The notes beneath the pieces were generated by a model. The model had not been told where the DNA came from. It made no database searches and saw only the letters and a list, made by a program, of their open reading frames with translations. From Chitinophagaceae bacterium T5-Br10_B2g13 (GTDB lineage: Bacteria; Bacteroidota; Rhodothermia; Balneolales; Balneolaceae), in NCBI GenBank assembly GCA_001564065.1, contig LKNA01000004.1, positions 18,790-82,789 on the forward strand: 64,000 nucleotides of DNA. The letters run 5' to 3'. Of this stretch, positions 59,508 to 64,000 are shown piece after piece (positions within the stretch are counted from its first letter, which is position 1; each line of letters opens with the position of its first letter). Both the position numbers and the translations under genes were made by a program.

Positions 59508-61013
59508 ATGACTATAGATCCCGATATACCAGCATCGCACCAGCTCTTCACAGCTGAGCAATCACGATTGATAGACCAAAAAACCATTGAAGAGTTTGGT
59601 ATAGACGGGTTCACCCTGATGGAAATTGCAGCAAAGGGAGCTGCTGAAACGATACAACAAGTATTAGGCCCGGACCGCCATGGGCTATTTATATGCGGCA
59701 AAGGAAACAATGCCGGCGATACCCTTGCCGCTGCCAGGTATTTGGTTGATAATTACGGTCATACGGCTCACTTATACTTTTCATTCGGAAAAGACGACCT
59801 AAGCCCGGACACCCAAAAAAATCTGCATCTTTTAGAAAAACTGGCTGAAGAGAATCTCCCAATCACGTTTATCGGAGATCTTTCCGAAAACGAACTCAAC
59901 TCTTGTGATTATATCGCAGATGGCATTTTTGGAACCGGATTAAACAGCAATGTACGCCCCCCTATTGATGAGATCATTCAAAAAATAAACAGGGCAGGAA
60001 AAACTGTTTTTTCCATGGACATTCCATCAGGACTCAATGCTGATTCCGGAAAAGTTCAAGGAGTAGCCGTTAATGCTGATCATACCTGTACCTTTGGAAC
60101 ACAAAAGATTGGACTGTATTTGGATAGAGGACCGGACATTGCAGGCAAGATCTCATTTATAGATTTACCTTTTCCCTCCTATCTGAGAAAAGATTTTGCG
60201 ATCAAGCTTGATGAAGAACTTTACTCCGTACTTCCGGATTTAACTCGTAAAGCACGGCATAAGTATGAGTCCGGAGTTGTTCATTTGGTTGCCGGCTCAA
60301 AGGGTTTAACCGGTGCGGCAGTTATGGCAGCCAGAAGTGCATGGAAGCATGGAGCCGGATCTGTAATTCTTTACACGCCTGAAAAGCTTCTTTCAGTTTA
60401 TGAAGCCTGTCTGCCGCAAGTTATAAAAGTAGTACTCGCAAATTCTGATTCATACAGTACTGACCACACTGAAATTATTTTAAATAAAATTGCAGAGAAA
60501 CCGGGGGTACTGCTCATTGGTCCCGGAATTGGAACAGGTCAAAAAACTAAAGAGTTTGCCCTGAATCTTTTAAAAAACTATAAAGGGCCGGCCGTAATTG
60601 ATGCGGACGCACTTTCAATATGGGATAAGCTAAAGAATCTGCCCGATTCACAGAAAAAGAGGTGGCTGTTAACTCCTCATCCCGGAGAAGCCCTAAACTA
60701 TTTAAAACTTACTTTTGAAGATGATTTTGAGCGGTTTCGCTTCCCTAAAGAGTTTTCTGATAAGCATCATACCTCCTTATTAATGAAGGGTAATCCGGTT
60801 TTTTATCACTCTGAACATCTTTCATTTATTTCCGGATACGACACAACACCTTTCACCCGTGCTGGCTTTGGAGACGTTCTGGCAGGAACAATAGCAACTA
60901 AATGGGGAATAAGTGAAAGTATCCGGTGGGCTCCTGTTTTTGCTCTTTTAGACGGATACCAGGTTTTTAAAAATTCATCATCATCTTCATTCGGCCCTGA
61001 GCATCTCATATAA
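59508..61013 (+). CDS. nnr: Bifunctional NAD(P)H-hydrate epimerase/dehydratase
   Basis: YjeF-N 'GKGNNAGD', 'DGIFGTG', 'DIPSG'; kinase-like 'GPGIG', 'DADAL', 'TPHPGE', 'GDVLAG'. Confidence 0.93.
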   Translation: MTIDPDIPASHQLFTAEQSRLIDQKTIEEFGIDGFTLMEIAAKGAAETIQQVLGPDRHGLFICGKGNNAGDTLAAARYLVDNYGHTAHLYFSFGKDDLSPDTQKNLHLLEKLAEENLPITFIGDLSENELNSCDYIADGIFGTGLNSNVRPPIDEIIQKINRAGKTVFSMDIPSGLNADSGKVQGVAVNADHTCTFGTQKIGLYLDRGPDIAGKISFIDLPFPSYLRKDFAIKLDEELYSVLPDLTRKARHKYESGVVHLVAGSKGLTGAAVMAARSAWKHGAGSVILYTPEKLLSVYEACLPQVIKVVLANSDSYSTDHTEIILNKIAEKPGVLLIGPGIGTGQKTKEFALNLLKNYKGPAVIDADALSIWDKLKNLPDSQKKRWLLTPHPGEALNYLKLTFEDDFERFRFPKEFSDKHHTSLLMKGNPVFYHSEHLSFISGYDTTPFTRAGFGDVLAGTIATKWGISESIRWAPVFALLDGYQVFKNSSSSSFGPEHLI

Positions 61014-61417
61014 TGAATAAACTTTTAAGCTTCCTTATCAGGAACAAGAAAATCATATACACTCTGTTGGTCCTGATTACCATCGCAATTTTAATACTCA
61101 CACTTCTGCCGGCCAACAACCTGGGAAGTAATCGCCTTTTTCAATACGATAAGATTGGCCATTTTATGATGTTCTTCTCATGGACATTCGTGTTCGGGCT
61201 TTTACACATTTCCCGAAAACGGGAGGAGAGCAACCTGATATTCATCTTCTTTGCCGGTTCACTTTTCGGTATTGGTATCGAAATAATGCAGGGATTAATG
61301 CCTTTTGGCCGCTCCATCGATCTCTACGATGCAATTGCTGATATTTTAGGTACACTTACCGCAACATTTCTACTTTTTTTGATTAAACCGATCTATCCGC
61401 CCGACAAAGGTTTGTAA
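61013..61417 (+). CDS. VanZ family membrane protein
   Basis: 'DKIGHF', 'IEIMQG...GRS' and 'DAIADILG'. Confidence 0.9.
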   Translation: MNKLLSFLIRNKKIIYTLLVLITIAILILTLLPANNLGSNRLFQYDKIGHFMMFFSWTFVFGLLHISRKREESNLIFIFFAGSLFGIGIEIMQGLMPFGRSIDLYDAIADILGTLTATFLLFLIKPIYPPDKGL

Positions 61418-61530
61418 GTTTCCCCAAACTGAATTATAATATCGAACCTCAACGAAACGTTGGATAATTAGCTTCAAATCGTTTATACTTGAGCTAAGCG
61501 TATTAATTCTTTTAAAAACCCCTTGAAACA

Positions 61531-62187
61531 ATGATTGAACGAAAAAAACCGGATGCTGATCTCAGGAATTACTATACGGTATTTCTTGAGCTTGGTCTCT
61601 TAGCTGCATTGGTGATTTTTATCATTGCTGTACGAATGGATTTAACCAGTCACGCTCCTGAAGAGTACACAATGGATGAGCAGGAAGTCGTGGAAATGGA
61701 AGAAATTATTCAAACACGTCAGATTGAAACACCTCCACCACCACCAAGACCACCGGTACCTGTAGAAGTACCAAATGATGAAATTATCGAAGATGTAGAT
61801 ATCGATATTTCTGCTGATCTTGACTTGGGAGGTTCATTGAGTGCACCACCCCCACCTCCACCGGCCGAAGATGACGAAGAAGAAGACTTCTTTGTTGTTG
61901 TAGAGGAGATGCCGGAATTGATTGGCGGTTTGGGTGAGCTTCAACAGAAGATTCGCTACCCTGAAATGGCTAGACGAGCCGGAATTGAAGGACGTGTTTA
62001 CATTCAGTTTATTGTAAACGAGCAAGGACAGGTTGAAAACCCACAAGTTATCCGTGGAATTGGCGGTGGCGCTGACGAAGAGGCTCTGAGAGTTGTAAGT
62101 CAGGCTGAGTTCCGTCCCGGTATGCAGCGTGGACGTCCGGTTAGAGTTCAGTACAGTTTGCCAATTTTCTTCAGGCTGCAAAACTAA
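61531..62187 (+). CDS. tonB: Energy transducer TonB
   Basis: N-terminal TM, Pro-rich linker and TonB_C 'YPEMARRAGIEGRV...F.V...PG.QRGRPV'. Confidence 0.93.
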   Translation: MIERKKPDADLRNYYTVFLELGLLAALVIFIIAVRMDLTSHAPEEYTMDEQEVVEMEEIIQTRQIETPPPPPRPPVPVEVPNDEIIEDVDIDISADLDLGGSLSAPPPPPPAEDDEEEDFFVVVEEMPELIGGLGELQQKIRYPEMARRAGIEGRVYIQFIVNEQGQVENPQVIRGIGGGADEEALRVVSQAEFRPGMQRGRPVRVQYSLPIFFRLQN

Positions 62188-62209
62188 TAGTCTACACATC
62201 CAACATTTT

Positions 62210-62244
62210 AAAAGCGTTTCAGAGTAATCTGAAACGCTTTTTTT
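62210..62244. terminator. Bidirectional terminator
   Basis: AAAAGCGTTTCAGA-gtaa-TCTGAAACGCTTTT followed by further Ts. Confidence 0.88.
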
Positions 62245-62248
62245 ATTT

Positions 62249-62662
62249 CTATCGAATCTTTTTTAGATAGGTATTCAGAACAATTTCTAAGTTTTTATAC
62301 CCAACCATATCTAAAGCTTTATTGGCATCAACCCATTTCAGACCCGTTATCCCTTCTTCCTTCTGGGGCATCAACCCCTCTCTTCGATCTGTTTTCATTG
62401 AATACCAATAGGTTTTCTTTCCCACCTTTTCGCCTTTTATCTCATATTCATGATATGTTTCACACAGAAACCGGTCGATTTTCGGTAAGGGTACACCAAC
62501 CTCCTCAGCAACCTCCCTAGCCGCGCACTCTTCAACCGACTCACCTTCTTCGAGTTTCCCCTTGGGCAAATCCCATACACCATTTCGTTTAATCAACAAG
62601 ATATTGAGGGGGCTTTTATTATCAGTATAGAGCACGCCCCCGGCCGCAGTTAAAATATCCAA
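62249..62662 (-). CDS. NUDIX hydrolase
   Basis: Nudix box 'PKGKLEEGESVEECAAREVAEEVG'. The likely start is TTG at 62662, just after the upstream stop; the ORF track starts at 62716. Confidence 0.88.
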   Translation of the reverse strand: MDILTAAGGVLYTDNKSPLNILLIKRNGVWDLPKGKLEEGESVEECAAREVAEEVGVPLPKIDRFLCETYHEYEIKGEKVGKKTYWYSMKTDRREGLMPQKEEGITGLKWVDANKALDMVGYKNLEIVLNTYLKKIR

Positions 62663-62666
62663 ATCC

Positions 62667-62996
62667 TTAATCCTTGGATTCTTTTGGCTCTTCTTTGTCG
62701 CCTTTTTTCTTCTCATCGGCGTAATTCAAGCGGAGATTGGTCAGCGTTTGATCGAGATATTCGCTCACTTCTTTTGGCAGATTTCCTTTCGTAAAATGCT
62801 GCAGCATATTCAGTGTATCGATAGCAAATTTGGCAGAGCTTAAATCTCTTTCAATTTTTTCGGTCTGCGGGTTTTGAATTTTTCCCATTCCCATCATAGC
62901 AATCTGCTGGTGCTGTTGAATGAGCATTACAAAGAGTAGTTGTTGCTGTTGTTCCGGACTTAGATTTTCCGGTGCTTTTTGGTTTTCTTTACTCAT
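62667..62996 (-). CDS. DUF1844 family protein
   Basis: 'AMMGMGKIQNP', 'AKFAIDTLNML' and 'TKGNL...LRLNY'. Confidence 0.88.
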   Translation of the reverse strand: MSKENQKAPENLSPEQQQQLLFVMLIQQHQQIAMMGMGKIQNPQTEKIERDLSSAKFAIDTLNMLQHFTKGNLPKEVSEYLDQTLTNLRLNYADEKKKGDKEEPKESKD

Positions 62997-63093
62997 GACT
63001 TTTGTTTCGTTCTTAATTAGAATTCAATGCGATGAAATCGTAAAGAGTTTGTATACTTATGTGAACCTGAAAATACAAAAATCAACAGACTAA

Positions 63094-64000
63094 ATGGCTA
63101 CCATTCAACCATTCAAGGGATGGCTACCTAAGCCCGAGCATGCAGATGAAATTGCGTGTGTCCCTTACGATGTCATAAATACTGAAGAGGCAAAGGAGCT
63201 TGCCCAGGGAAAACCCAATAGTTATTTGCATGTCATCAGGCCCGAAATAGACCTGCCGGACGGCACGCCTTTCAATGATGACCGGGTATATAAAAAGGGA
63301 GCTGAAAATTTAAAATCCCTTTTAAAATCAGAGCTTTTTGAGCAGGATGATAAAGTTGCAATCTACATCTATCAGATGGAAACAGATAATCACATCCAAA
63401 CCGGTGTGTTTACATGTGCTTCCGTTCAAGATTACGACGACGATACAATTTTAAAGCACGAGCTTACACGTCCTGATAAAGAAGATGACAGAACCAAACA
63501 TATTCTTACACAAGAGGCACACGCTGAACCCGTGATGCTCACATATCGTGATTCTGAAGACATCTCATTTCAGATTGAAAAAGTTACACTCACAAACCCT
63601 CCTTACATAGAACATGAGGGCGAAGGCGGTGTTACTCACAGAATCTGGAAAACATACACCACAGCCGATTTTGTAAAAGGTTTTTCAGAAATTGAAAAAC
63701 TGTATATCGCAGACGGCCATCATCGATGTAAAAGTGCTTCCAGAGTAGCGGAACAGCTTCGGAAAGAACGAAACGTATTTCCCGGTGAAGCCGAATTTGA
63801 ATACTTCCCGGTTGTGCTCTTTCCAATGTCTCAGATGAAAATATTACCCTATAACAGGGTGATCAAATCTGTTTCTGAAAAAAAGTTTAATGAAATAGAG
63901 AAAAAATTCAACCTGATTGAGACCAAAGAAAAATCTCCGGCTCAAAAAGGAAAAATCTCAATCTACTACTCCGGGAAATGGTGGAGTATGGATCTTCCGG
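63094..64000 (+). CDS. DUF1015 family protein (3' partial); not in the ORF track
   Basis: ATG at 63094 gives MATIQPFKGW...PYDVI...KHELTRPDKEDDR...YIADGHHR. The frame is open to the window end. Confidence 0.9.
   Translation, partial: MATIQPFKGWLPKPEHADEIACVPYDVINTEEAKELAQGKPNSYLHVIRPEIDLPDGTPFNDDRVYKKGAENLKSLLKSELFEQDDKVAIYIYQMETDNHIQTGVFTCASVQDYDDDTILKHELTRPDKEDDRTKHILTQEAHAEPVMLTYRDSEDISFQIEKVTLTNPPYIEHEGEGGVTHRIWKTYTTADFVKGFSEIEKLYIADGHHRCKSASRVAEQLRKERNVFPGEAEFEYFPVVLFPMSQMKILPYNRVIKSVSEKKFNEIEKKFNLIETKEKSPAQKGKISIYYSGKWWSMDLP

Noticed and set aside
61731-61870. CCA/CCT-rich low-complexity repeats
   Set aside because: They encode the normal proline-rich TonB linker.
1-64000. CRISPR array, IS elements, prophage, and the many short overlapping ORFs in the track
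   Set aside because: No regularly spaced direct repeats or transposase, integrase or phage motifs were seen. The short ORFs are antisense or out-of-frame shadows of well-supported genes.

Overview
Gene-dense core-chromosome window from a bacterium of the FCB group. It is most likely Balneolota (Rhodohalobacter/Gracilimonas-like); this is inferred from the split atp operon with an AtpA insertion, bS22, the ssb-gldE order, short ProS and a bacilliredoxin. Most of it is housekeeping: atpZIBEFHAG without atpDC, guaB, purB, murB, ssb, lysC-dapBAD, rqcH-aroK-aroB-tamB-rnr, sodA, aspS, proS, nnr and tonB. It carries two tRNAs (Ser-TGA, Met-CAT) and two coding regions missed by the ORF track (bS22 and a DUF1015 fragment). 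No transposase, integrase, prophage or CRISPR array was seen. The strongest unexplained signals are: (1) at 56.4-57.2 kb, an orphan NarL-type regulator lacking its phospho-acceptor Asp, followed by two TAC-type boxes, a TTGCAC-N17-TAAGTT promoter and a terminator that together outline a candidate sRNA of about 75 nt; (2) a tRNA-Met pseudocopy interrupted by short TCCCGA...TCGGGA palindromes; (3) a five-gene glycan locus with tandem Stealth phosphotransferases next to MlaC/TolC; (4) tRNA-Ser starting 2 nt after the atpG stop; (5) a metallopeptidase/beta-propeller/Omp85 fusion co-oriented with tamB; (6) apparently degenerate enzymes (an SthA-like protein and a DUF2779 protein). All functional calls come from motif recognition by eye; no database searches were run.
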